Below, piece by piece: positions 16,852 to 26,166 of a stretch of DNA of 64,000 nucleotides. Numbering within the stretch: position 1 is the first letter of the stretch; every line of letters starts with the position of its first letter. Under the pieces are notes generated by a model. The model did no database searches, was not told where the DNA came from, and saw only the letters and a program-made list of their open reading frames with translations. The stretch covers positions 203,321 to 267,320 of IMG/VR virus record IMGVR_UViG_3300046542_000227. One strand, written 5' to 3'. The position numbers were made by a program, and so were the translations under genes.

Positions 16852-18722
16852 TTTTTTCCTTTGTGTTCCAGATAGGCTTCCAAGATGCGATCCATCGACG
16901 GAGCATTCAGAACCTTCTGTGCTATCTCCACAGCATTAACCCGACCACCCGTTAGGTTCACCCCGAACTCACGCCGTATCGCTTCAGTGAGTCCTTGAAT
17001 CTGACAGAACTCCATCACCGTAGTTTCACGAGCGATGTTGAGAATCTGCGAGACGTTAGGGTAAGTCGATACAATGTCGAGGTCGGCTACGTGCGTGAAG
17101 ATTAGCGTCAGGTATTCCCGCATCTCTTCGACACAGGCCATCCCCTCAGCCGCAGCCATATACGACGGTAGCGTGACGATCCAGTCGTCATGTCCAATCA
17201 CGAACTTATCCAGTTCATGAGACATCTGGTCAGACGCTGTACCAATCACCGACTTCTGCGGACGGTTCAGATACCAGAAATGCATATCGTCGCAAAGACG
17301 TTTCGGGTTGGAGTTAAAGTTCTTAAAGTCCGAGTTCTTCGAATACATCGTAATCGACGAAGCCAAGTCTTTAGTCTTCTCATCCAACTGCTCCAAGCGC
17401 ACGCTGTCGACGATGTTATAAACACCGTAAACGATCTTGTGCTTGGCTTGCATCACTTCGTGCCAACGCAGACCGGTGAGGTGATCGGTTGGTTTGTATT
17501 TCAGCTTACCGAAGTCGTTACGGACTTCGAGGACGTCGCCGACCTTCACGTTTTCAGGAGTGATGTCCTTACGAGCGATGTCTTGCTCGTTCAAGCTGTA
17601 ATAAACGAAGCCACCTTTGCCTTTAGTCAGGTCATCGGCTTTATCGAGGAATGCTTGAATGTCACCCACCGCACTGATCTTGGACTCATAGTCACCATTG
17701 AGTTCCTTCTTCAGAATGCGGTCCAGGGCATAAGAGGGATCTTTACCGTTTGCCAGTCGAGTAATGCGATATACCGTCATGGCATCGATGCATTGGAAGG
17801 TAGCCGGATGGGTTACCCAGTTCCAACGGTCTTCCACGTTGATCGACATTACTTTACCAGAAGCGGTGGTCTTCTGTGTGTTGCCTTTGCGATAGTTGAA
17901 GTACTTGTATTTGTCCGGAACCGTAGGGTCACTGAACACCATGCGCAGATCGATACCTTCCTTCTCCAGAGCACGGATGATTTTGCTCATGTCGAAGTCC
18001 ATGTTCCAGAAGGCAAACCAATCAGGCTTCCATTCATGGAGCTTCTCGATGCAGAGCATAACCACTTGAGCTGGAGTGTCAGCGATCAACACTTCAATTT
18101 CAAGGCCACGTTCTTCGAGTAGTTCAGGGATCAGTTCTTTCGCAGTACGGTGCGTATCACCAATTGGATCATCGATGTCTGCGACCCAACGCTTGAGGTA
18201 AACCAGACGTACGTTCTTCTTGTGACTAACCGACATGCAGATGATGTCATCTGTACCATCAACTACGTCGGTCTCAATGTCACCACCACCAACTGTGTTA
18301 AAGCTGATGGTTTCTGGATACTTGGTACGGTACTCTGCTTTAGCACAGCACGCCGAGCTGACATCAGCTCCATAGACGTACGGGTTACGTTGCAGAACAC
18401 GTTGTTGCATATGGGGGCCACCGGTACCCATACCCAAGGTACGGGCGATGGACTTGACCAGATCGAGCTGCGTCGAGGAATACTCTTGCAGGTTGCTGGC
18501 AAATTCGTAGTCTTTCTTCTCTTCGTGGTTACGACGGCCTTTGTGGGTGATCCAGTAAGGACGCTTATAGTTCTCTTCAAAACGAAGACGGGGCACACGC
18601 CGCCCATCTTCCAAATGTACGACTTCTTTAATCACCAGCATGTCGCTGATGCCACGTTCTTGGTCTACAACGTAGGTAATGTGTTTCGCTTCAAAGCCGG
18701 TTGGTTTAACAATAGAGCTCAC
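16803..18722 (-). CDS. Split family-B DNA polymerase subunit (3'-5' exonuclease plus motif A), phiKZ gp82-like
   Basis: ExoI DIETD, ExoII WNMDFD, ExoIII YNIVD, PolB motif A DLDIVSTYPN; motifs B and C not seen. Confidence 0.85.
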   Translation of the reverse strand: MSSIVKPTGFEAKHITYVVDQERGISDMLVIKEVVHLEDGRRVPRLRFEENYKRPYWITHKGRRNHEEKKDYEFASNLQEYSSTQLDLVKSIARTLGMGTGGPHMQQRVLQRNPYVYGADVSSACCAKAEYRTKYPETISFNTVGGGDIETDVVDGTDDIICMSVSHKKNVRLVYLKRWVADIDDPIGDTHRTAKELIPELLEERGLEIEVLIADTPAQVVMLCIEKLHEWKPDWFAFWNMDFDMSKIIRALEKEGIDLRMVFSDPTVPDKYKYFNYRKGNTQKTTASGKVMSINVEDRWNWVTHPATFQCIDAMTVYRITRLANGKDPSYALDRILKKELNGDYESKISAVGDIQAFLDKADDLTKGKGGFVYYSLNEQDIARKDITPENVKVGDVLEVRNDFGKLKYKPTDHLTGLRWHEVMQAKHKIVYGVYNIVDSVRLEQLDEKTKDLASSITMYSKNSDFKNFNSNPKRLCDDMHFWYLNRPQKSVIGTASDQMSHELDKFVIGHDDWIVTLPSYMAAAEGMACVEEMREYLTLIFTHVADLDIVSTYPNVSQILNIARETTVMEFCQIQGLTEAIRREFGVNLTGGRVNAVEIAQKVLNAPSMDRILEAYLEHKGKKLPASPSSSASKDLAA

Positions 18723-18812
18723 GGGGATCCCCTCAGGGTCTGACTACGTACCATAACACGGCAAAGTATTTCTTATGAATATGATTACAACATCCTTCAT
18801 TGGGATCGTGCC

Positions 18813-20138
18813 ATGCTAAAAGAAACTGTATCGCTTGAGCTTTTGAACGTAAAAGCTAAGCGTGCGTTGGGTATCCGAATCGAAGCTGTTATTGAGCAAT
18901 GGATCGCCCGTCGTGAATTCGCCTATTTCTACACCAGTGAACAGCTTGTTGAACTGGCCACCATCGTTAAAGAAGAGATGGGTGTAAACGTTGAGTTCGT
19001 AATGAACCCACGTCCAGTCATCAATGCTGCAGCCAACGTTATCCAGTTGCCAGGGCACAGCGGTAGCACCTATAACGGTCCGGGCACCAAGCCATTGACT
19101 GTAACGGGGCGCGACGTACCACAGCAATTGCGCAAGATCAAGATCGACCTCGATAAAGGGAAGATCACTGGCGAAGTTATTGATGGCTTGAAGAATCGCA
19201 TCACACTGTTCGCCGGTTTGGTTAGCGACGATGTAATGCTGACGGCTGAAGAGATCGCTGCGGTTGTCGTGCACGAGCTGGGTCATGTTTGGAACCAGTA
19301 CTTCGCATTGGGTGATTATGTCTGGCTGAACTATTACCTACAGGACGGCCTGGAAGTTCTGTCTGGGAAGAAGCCCAACATCTATAAGCTGGAGATCTTG
19401 ACCGAAGCAGGCTTGGATAAGTACTGTGACGATAAAGATGCACTGGCTGCGATGAAGGCTAACCCCTCTGCGAAGAACGTACGCCGTGCGTTGCTAATTG
19501 CTGCGCAGAAAGCACCGCGACAACACCTGTCGTCTAAAGAGACCGATATCTCCTTGCTGCGTGAAGAGCAGTTGGCCGATATGTTCGCCTCCCGGATGGG
19601 TTACGCCCGAGCCTCTATCTCGCTGCATGTTAAATGTAGCAAGAAGTATGGCAGTCGTTTCCTCATCAGCTCTAGCGCCATGACCTTCATGGAAACCACC
19701 AAGGTTCTCCTAAACGTCGGGGCTATTGTTACGGCATTCGCTGCGATCGCATTACCGCCACTGTTGGTTGCGGCATTGGCACTGCGCATCACAGCCGTCT
19801 GCATGACTGACTACAATGTCAAGGAACCGGCGACTTACGATAACGACATCGAACGCCCGATGAAGTTCCGTCGTGACCTCGTGGCTCAGCTGAAGATCTT
19901 GGGTGAAGACAAAGCACTCGAAGAAAAGATCCTCGAAGACATTCGAGTGGTAGATGATCTGTTAGCTATCTACCGTAAGAACACCACGCTCTGGGAAGCT
20001 TTCGAACTGTTAGTTAACCCAAGCGTCCGCCGTAATCGCCACCAACGTGCTGGTGAAGAAGAACTGGAACAATTGCTCAACAACGACCTATTCGTTGCTG
20101 CTGCTAAATTCAATGCCCTGTCGAGGAAGTTGTCATGA
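18813..20138 (+). CDS. Virion protein with zincin/M48-like HExxH motif and hydrophobic segment (phiKZ gp84-like)
   Basis: EIAAVVVHELGH...EEQLADMFASRMGY; N-terminal VSLE site; hydrophobic AIVTAFAAIALPPLLVAALAL. Confidence 0.7.
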   Translation: MLKETVSLELLNVKAKRALGIRIEAVIEQWIARREFAYFYTSEQLVELATIVKEEMGVNVEFVMNPRPVINAAANVIQLPGHSGSTYNGPGTKPLTVTGRDVPQQLRKIKIDLDKGKITGEVIDGLKNRITLFAGLVSDDVMLTAEEIAAVVVHELGHVWNQYFALGDYVWLNYYLQDGLEVLSGKKPNIYKLEILTEAGLDKYCDDKDALAAMKANPSAKNVRRALLIAAQKAPRQHLSSKETDISLLREEQLADMFASRMGYARASISLHVKCSKKYGSRFLISSSAMTFMETTKVLLNVGAIVTAFAAIALPPLLVAALALRITAVCMTDYNVKEPATYDNDIERPMKFRRDLVAQLKILGEDKALEEKILEDIRVVDDLLAIYRKNTTLWEAFELLVNPSVRRNRHQRAGEEELEQLLNNDLFVAAAKFNALSRKLS

Positions 20139-20578
20139 CCACTGCACATCAATTCGCTCAGATGCTCCGTAACATCGAGCCTGGTAACACCAACGTACGT
20201 CTGGCCCGTAGCCTGACCCTGATCCACGCGTTCGCCATGGTTATTCCGTGCGCTAACTACGCCAACGCTGACCAAGCGGCCGAAGCTTCCCAGCCATTGC
20301 TGAAGAAGCTGATCAACGACGTGAACGAACACGTAGCTGTTGATACCAAGCTGTGCATGGGCCTGCTGTTGCCTACCCTGAAGCTGCGCTTCGAGCTGAT
20401 CAATGGCACCACCGATCCTGCGCTGATCAAGATGGTCCTGAACTCGGAAGCAGCTGCCGAGCTCAAAGGTCCGGACGATCTTGCCATGACCGAATACATG
20501 ACCAGTCGTCCTGGTTTCGCCAAAGAACAAATTCTCATCAGCGAAGCTGTGCGGGATCTGATCTCCGAAAACAGCTGA
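20135..20578 (+). CDS. Putative virion protein (gp85-like)
   Basis: ATGA coupling; synteny. Confidence 0.65.
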   Translation: MTTAHQFAQMLRNIEPGNTNVRLARSLTLIHAFAMVIPCANYANADQAAEASQPLLKKLINDVNEHVAVDTKLCMGLLLPTLKLRFELINGTTDPALIKMVLNSEAAAELKGPDDLAMTEYMTSRPGFAKEQILISEAVRDLISENS

Positions 20579-20588
20579 GTGTGGCGCG

Positions 20589-20897
20589 ATGAACTCTGAA
20601 TCGCTTAGCGAGGGCACCCTGGTGTATCCTCGCCTTACCACGGAGTATCTGAAGTCTCTGATTGCGACCATCAGTTACAGTCATGTACCGGAAGCCCGTA
20701 CCACGGTCTGTACGGTGATGCTGAAGATCGATTACGCCATTACCGAATCGGTAGTGTGTCCTAATCCCGACCTCTACGATCCGGTAGCGGGTGAGAAGCA
20801 CGCGTTGATCAAGGTGCTGGCTGAACTCAGAGATAAAGAGTACTACGTGTTACGCCGCCTCCTCCACGTTGAGAAGTTGTCCAAGACAGGTGAATGA
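20589..20897 (+). CDS. N4 Gp49/Sf6 gp66 family protein (possible nucleotide-signal sponge)
   Basis: PRLT..L..LI...Y...TTVCTV.L...ITES..C..PD.YD...GEK.A......EYY.LR follows the family pattern as recalled. Confidence 0.6.
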   Translation: MNSESLSEGTLVYPRLTTEYLKSLIATISYSHVPEARTTVCTVMLKIDYAITESVVCPNPDLYDPVAGEKHALIKVLAELRDKEYYVLRRLLHVEKLSKTGE

Positions 20898-22129
20898 AGA
20901 TGGACGAAGAGATTAAAGCAATCCCGGAGCTGGAGAAAGCTCTGGAAGAACAGATCACTGGTGAAGTCGAAGTTGACACCCCCGTGGTCGAACCGCTCAA
21001 GCTGGCTTCGGACAGTTTGAACGAGCTGGTTGAAATCGGCGACACGATCAAGGTCGAAGGTGTTTCGCAAGAAGACATCCGTTCGGTGTTCACCATCATC
21101 AAGCGTCTAAGCGATGCTGGTATGGATGTGGGCGTCAGTGCTTCCTTGGAAGACTACGAGATCAACCACTTCACCCCGACTCGCAGCATGGTTAACCAGA
21201 CGATCTCCCAAGAAGGTATTGGTGCTACGATCGTTAACGTGATCAAGGCAGTGATCGAGCGTTTGGTTGAGTACGTGATCAAAGCCGTGCGTTTCTTCAA
21301 GGTCATGGGTGCCAAGGACAAAGCGATCGAAGCTTCGTTCGAAAAGGCCAAGGAGAAATCCAAGGACGTACAGGCAGCTATCGCATTGTTCCAACGTGCG
21401 AACATGGCTGACTCCAGTAAGGTTGATGCCGAAGCTGAAGTCTACGCCAAGGCTCTGCTGACTGACTCCAGCCTGCCACGTAACTACCTGACCCTGGCTG
21501 CACTGTTCCACCAACCATCGGTCGATGAAGTTAAAACGATCCATGCGAAGGTTGAGCGTGCGACCCTGTTCCTGCGTAAGTCGGTCAAGTCGCTGTCGAT
21601 GTTCCTGACCACCCCAACCGCTGATCTGAACGTCGACGTAACGATGATGGAAGACCTAGCGTCCGTGCGCCAGCAGATCGGCCTGATGCAGCAAGTGGAC
21701 CCGGACCAAAAGTTCATCCACATGTTCATCAAGCCTGACTTCTTCGCGACCAACACCGTGCGTAAGCAAGCTGAACCATTGGCTCGCTATGAGTACATCC
21801 TCAAGGCGTACTACTCGGTAGCCGATGACCTGCGTTCGATCCGCAAGTACAATCAGGATGCTTACGATGAAGAAGCCGTACGCTTCATCAATGAAGTGAT
21901 TGCTGAAATCACTCAAGCGTTCGAAGACCTCGGTCTGGTGATTGACTTCTTCGCTAACCTGAAGAACGTGCAGATGGCTGTGTTCAAAGTACAGCTCAAG
22001 TACCTCAACCGTTACACCTCCTTGCTGTATCTGAACTGCCGCGACAACGCGGTCTCCGATATCACCAAGAAGCAAGTCGAAGGCATCTTCACCGATCTGG
22101 AGAAGAAGCTGAAATCCTACGGGGTTTAA
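20894..22129 (+). CDS. Head protein with acidic propeptide (gp86-like)
   Basis: S-x-E protease sites VSQE, ASLE, ISQE. Confidence 0.65.
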   Translation: MKMDEEIKAIPELEKALEEQITGEVEVDTPVVEPLKLASDSLNELVEIGDTIKVEGVSQEDIRSVFTIIKRLSDAGMDVGVSASLEDYEINHFTPTRSMVNQTISQEGIGATIVNVIKAVIERLVEYVIKAVRFFKVMGAKDKAIEASFEKAKEKSKDVQAAIALFQRANMADSSKVDAEAEVYAKALLTDSSLPRNYLTLAALFHQPSVDEVKTIHAKVERATLFLRKSVKSLSMFLTTPTADLNVDVTMMEDLASVRQQIGLMQQVDPDQKFIHMFIKPDFFATNTVRKQAEPLARYEYILKAYYSVADDLRSIRKYNQDAYDEEAVRFINEVIAEITQAFEDLGLVIDFFANLKNVQMAVFKVQLKYLNRYTSLLYLNCRDNAVSDITKKQVEGIFTDLEKKLKSYGV

Positions 22130-22134
22130 GTAGA

Positions 22135-22174
22135 CGACATAAAGCCCCTCCCTACGGGGAGGGGCCTATGCCGC
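22135..22174. terminator. Bidirectional CATA-hairpin-TATG element
   Basis: CGACATAAAGCCCCTCCC-TAC-GGGGAGGGGCCTATGCCGC. Confidence 0.85.
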
Positions 22175-25063
22175 TTAGTGACGCAGGAAGTTGATCGTGA
22201 GATCGTCTTCAATCATCAGCTCTTGGTTGGTCAGTACGGTTGGCTTCTTGCGCAGGGACAGACGCACAGAGTCATCTTCCACAGTCAAGATAGCGAAGTC
22301 CGCAGAACCACCCAAGCCGGAGACTTCCACACCACTAACGTCATCACCGGCAGCGAGTTTCAATGCCGCGATAATGTCAGAGCGCACTACACGAGTTTGA
22401 CCAAGCAGTTCAGTGATGATCTTCTTGGTGGTTTCGATCAGTGCAGGACGCAACGATGTATTACGATAGCTAGCCGCATCCATGAAGTAGGTAACGTTGA
22501 GGCCTTGGTCGAGGGTGATATCTGCAAGCAGACCATCCTTAACTGTAGCCGTGGTGTTACCGAAGGTGGTGATCGGGTAGAAGTAGATCTCCGCTTCATC
22601 CAGCAACTGCTTACGGATGTTAGCGATGTCGCCTTGAATCCACTCTACTACTTGCATCGGGATCTCGTCTCGGTAGTCTGCCGAGGCCGCTTCGGTGGCG
22701 AAGTAGTACATGCCATCCACCAAGAACATGGTGAACTCACGCTGGATCTTACGTGGTGCCAGCAACACTGGCTGTTGAGTAGTAGGGTCGAGGATCGTGT
22801 CACCCTTGCGATACTGCATGACTGGTTGGTTCTGTGCATCCAGAATCGGATCACCAGCACGGTGCAAGATGGTGTACACCAGAGAGTTCCCTGGACCTGA
22901 AGTAACAATGATGTTGCCATCTTCGTCACGCAGATACACGTTGTCAGCGTAGACCGCTGGAACGTCAGCGCCGTAATGCTGATAGGACTCTTGACTCAAC
23001 ACCGTCCGGTTACGACGCCACAGGTCAGTGAGTTCATAACCAAAGCGGATGGTCAGACGCTCACGGATAACCGCCATGAAGGTGTGATCGAGTAGATGCT
23101 CTTGCAGCAATGCATCGATCTCGTTACCCACATAGCCCGGCGATTCGATCTGGTCAACGATAATGGTGAAGTCCACATCGTGTTCCATGCTCAAAGCAAA
23201 GTGGTTCTGTGCCAAGTCGAACATCGACATGTTGGTGGTGTAAAGACTGTTGGCCGAGTCCACATCGAAGTTGGTAAGGATATCGAACTGATAGATCCGC
23301 TCGTTATCCTCCATCCCGATCAGTGTGCCGTTCAAGCTGGCGTAGTTGTTCTCACCGACGGGCTTGTAGCCCATCTGTACTACCACGAGTTCATCTGCCA
23401 ACAACTTGAACTGATCATCAGTCTTGAGTTTGGTCTTGATGCGGAAGCCTTTGTCGATACGCTCGATCGAGTAGGTATCAATGCTGGCTTGCAGTTGACT
23501 GCTGTCGTTGTCGCCGGCGAAGGTCTTACGCACTACAGTCGGCTCACCGAAGTAATACGGACGCACATCGAAGTTCGCACTGGATGCATCGAGCACATAG
23601 TGGAACGGCGTGTACATATAGCTGCCGTCGATGATCAACCGCGATACGACTTCAGAACTGGCATTACGCAGTTGCGCAATACGACCGTCGTCCACTACCG
23701 AGATCACCCCATCCTTATAATCGAACAGGATCGTGGGCAGCAGAGTAATGCGGTCACCATTGTCTGCTACGTGAGCACTCAGTGCCAGCTCTTCCATGGA
23801 CTGTTGAGTCTGTGCCATCATCGTACCCACAGCCGAAGCTACAGAGTTGTTCGACGGGGCAGGCAAACGACGCGAGGCCAAGAACTGACGATGGGTAATG
23901 TTGTTGACGTTGGAGACGAGGTTGTAACCTTTACGTTGCAGGAAGTAGTTCAACTGCACGTCAGTGATCGGGAACGGAGCACCATCCATCACACCGTCGA
24001 TTACTGTGTTACGCAGGGTCTCGAAGTCCACCGCATTAGAACCACCACGAACCCGGGTTGGGTTCATTGCCGAGAACTCACCAATGTGGTTGAGTGGATC
24101 GGTGTAGGTCTTGTCGTCATCGATGGTGTTGAAGTCCACCTCAAACGACTTACGGTCATAGCTACCCAAGTCAACGTCAATGACACCCTTAGTAGTGAAC
24201 ACGTCAACTCGCAGTTCACCGGTCGCGCTACCGTTAGTGGTGTAGACCAACGGGAACTCAGCGAAGACTTTACCGTTGAGGACTTTGAGCACCAACGTTA
24301 AACGCGTCGGGTCAAAGACCTGATCGCTGTGCGTGGTGTTGATCTCACGCCAACCCAGCTTAGTGTCGCTGATATAAGCCCGAACGTGGAAGAACTGATC
24401 GGTAAAGCTGAAGGTCCCCTCGAAAGGCAGAGTAGGGTTCAGTGTTTCCGTATAGGTCTTCATGCTGAACTGCAACACCGGAATGCGCAGCAGCAGATAC
24501 CACTTACGGTTGATCAACAGTTCCTTGCTTTGCACGATGTTCGAATCGAGCGTTTGCAGCGGAGACGGTTTGTCCAAGTCGTAAACGATCTGCAAACCAC
24601 CGTGACGCATCTGGCGGATCTCAATCGGGTACTGCATGGTGAAGTCGTGACCGGCAACCTTAATCACCGTGTTACGAGGGATCACTACCTTCTTGATTCC
24701 GTCCAACCCCACCGGAACCATCTTCGAGATAATCTCATCTTTACTGAAATAGAACTCGAAGTAAGTCGGCGCTGGGTTAGCGAAACGGTTGAGGTAGTTG
24801 TCATCGGACATGTGCAGATAAAGATCCTCTGCAGCGATAACGTTACTGGCATACAAACGACGCACCAGTGAGATGCCTTCGTTCATTGCCATGGCGGCTA
24901 CCAGAGTGCCGTTCTCGATAGCAAAGACAAACGGATGAGATCCATCAGGAACCTCAAACGTGCCTTGACCATTGACCTGGCGATCCAGTTCATCCATGGC
25001 AAGCTGGATCATCAGGTTCGGGTTAGTCCGCACCTGTTCCAGTTTATCAAGATACTCGCTCAT
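22175..25063 (-). CDS. Virion structural protein, probable baseplate wedge (phiKZ gp87-like)
   Basis: 962 aa; YLHMSD...RFANPA, FTMQYPIEIR, GGSNAVDFETLR (baseplate J/gp6-like); synteny. Confidence 0.7.
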   Translation of the reverse strand: MSEYLDKLEQVRTNPNLMIQLAMDELDRQVNGQGTFEVPDGSHPFVFAIENGTLVAAMAMNEGISLVRRLYASNVIAAEDLYLHMSDDNYLNRFANPAPTYFEFYFSKDEIISKMVPVGLDGIKKVVIPRNTVIKVAGHDFTMQYPIEIRQMRHGGLQIVYDLDKPSPLQTLDSNIVQSKELLINRKWYLLLRIPVLQFSMKTYTETLNPTLPFEGTFSFTDQFFHVRAYISDTKLGWREINTTHSDQVFDPTRLTLVLKVLNGKVFAEFPLVYTTNGSATGELRVDVFTTKGVIDVDLGSYDRKSFEVDFNTIDDDKTYTDPLNHIGEFSAMNPTRVRGGSNAVDFETLRNTVIDGVMDGAPFPITDVQLNYFLQRKGYNLVSNVNNITHRQFLASRRLPAPSNNSVASAVGTMMAQTQQSMEELALSAHVADNGDRITLLPTILFDYKDGVISVVDDGRIAQLRNASSEVVSRLIIDGSYMYTPFHYVLDASSANFDVRPYYFGEPTVVRKTFAGDNDSSQLQASIDTYSIERIDKGFRIKTKLKTDDQFKLLADELVVVQMGYKPVGENNYASLNGTLIGMEDNERIYQFDILTNFDVDSANSLYTTNMSMFDLAQNHFALSMEHDVDFTIIVDQIESPGYVGNEIDALLQEHLLDHTFMAVIRERLTIRFGYELTDLWRRNRTVLSQESYQHYGADVPAVYADNVYLRDEDGNIIVTSGPGNSLVYTILHRAGDPILDAQNQPVMQYRKGDTILDPTTQQPVLLAPRKIQREFTMFLVDGMYYFATEAASADYRDEIPMQVVEWIQGDIANIRKQLLDEAEIYFYPITTFGNTTATVKDGLLADITLDQGLNVTYFMDAASYRNTSLRPALIETTKKIITELLGQTRVVRSDIIAALKLAAGDDVSGVEVSGLGGSADFAILTVEDDSVRLSLRKKPTVLTNQELMIEDDLTINFLRH

Positions 25064-25075
25064 CGCGCACCTTTA

Positions 25076-26134
25076 TTATTGCTGCGGAGTTGCCGCATTG
25101 GTTGGGAGGTCTACACGCAACACACCAGCTTTCTGTGTTTCGTAAGTCTGCTTGAATACCCACCACTCCAGCTCCATCGTCGATGGCTCGATGCGGGGGT
25201 AGGAACCTTTGTGGTTGAAGTACTCACGTTCCCATGGTTTCAACTTGACCATCTGGTTGTTACGGTTCTCATCACGCATGCCAGGATTGAAGTCCTGTTG
25301 CAGCTCGTTGAACTCGTAAATCAGAATGTGATCGTAATAAGTGAAGCCGACAGCTTTAAAGACGAAGGTGATGTTATCACCGACGCCAGCGAACGGGGTG
25401 TTGTTACCCGAGGCATCGAAGTCAGCGTGCTGGGATAAGCTTGCGGTAACCGGGTACGCAGCGCCACATGCAAACAGACGGGTCACGTAAGTCTTGGTCA
25501 CGTCCATAACCAAACGGTAGACGCGAGTGTTGTAGTCGATGACGTTGTACATCACGTTATCGGGATACGGCAGAATGCGCCCCTCACGGGCCAGACCTTG
25601 ATACCGCTCCCACATCAACAGCATGAATGTTATAGGGTCACCAATAAGGTTCTTAAAGGTGCATTGCAGGTCGAAGGTACCGTACATATACGGCACGTCA
25701 TCAACGTACGTATAGACCTCACGATACAACCCTGGGTCTGAACTAAACGTCCCCAGAGTGAAGTCTTCCCACCCTGAGATACTCACCAAGTTATTGCCCA
25801 ACAGGGGAATAAAAGGATTGAGTGGATCGACGTTCTCACAGGTCAAACCGCTACGATGGGCCTCAGGGTCCATGTAGGAGCGCAAGGCCCGCTGGATGCC
25901 GCTGGGGGCTTCCATGAGCAAGTTCTGCATCACCCGATCGATCTGTAAGTTATCGTATGACAAATTCAAATCGGGTTTCGTGAAGAACGTGAAGCCGTGG
26001 TTCTCTGTGTTCAGCTGAGTCGGCGAGAACCGGCCCACCATGTTGTTCCCGTACAACGTATCAGACAGAACCCGATCCGCAGGAGAAAACCCACTATTCT
26101 GTGTGATCTGATTTAGATAGTTCTCATATGACAT
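25076..26134 (-). CDS. Virion structural protein, tube-like baseplate component (phiKZ gp88-like)
   Basis: GFTFFTKPDLNLSYDN, FIPLLGNNL, IDYNTRVYRLVMD; likely ATG at 26134. Confidence 0.7.
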   Translation of the reverse strand: MSYENYLNQITQNSGFSPADRVLSDTLYGNNMVGRFSPTQLNTENHGFTFFTKPDLNLSYDNLQIDRVMQNLLMEAPSGIQRALRSYMDPEAHRSGLTCENVDPLNPFIPLLGNNLVSISGWEDFTLGTFSSDPGLYREVYTYVDDVPYMYGTFDLQCTFKNLIGDPITFMLLMWERYQGLAREGRILPYPDNVMYNVIDYNTRVYRLVMDVTKTYVTRLFACGAAYPVTASLSQHADFDASGNNTPFAGVGDNITFVFKAVGFTYYDHILIYEFNELQQDFNPGMRDENRNNQMVKLKPWEREYFNHKGSYPRIEPSTMELEWWVFKQTYETQKAGVLRVDLPTNAATPQQ

Positions 26135-26166
26135 GTCGCACACCACTTGTGTAAAAGGAAAAAACC

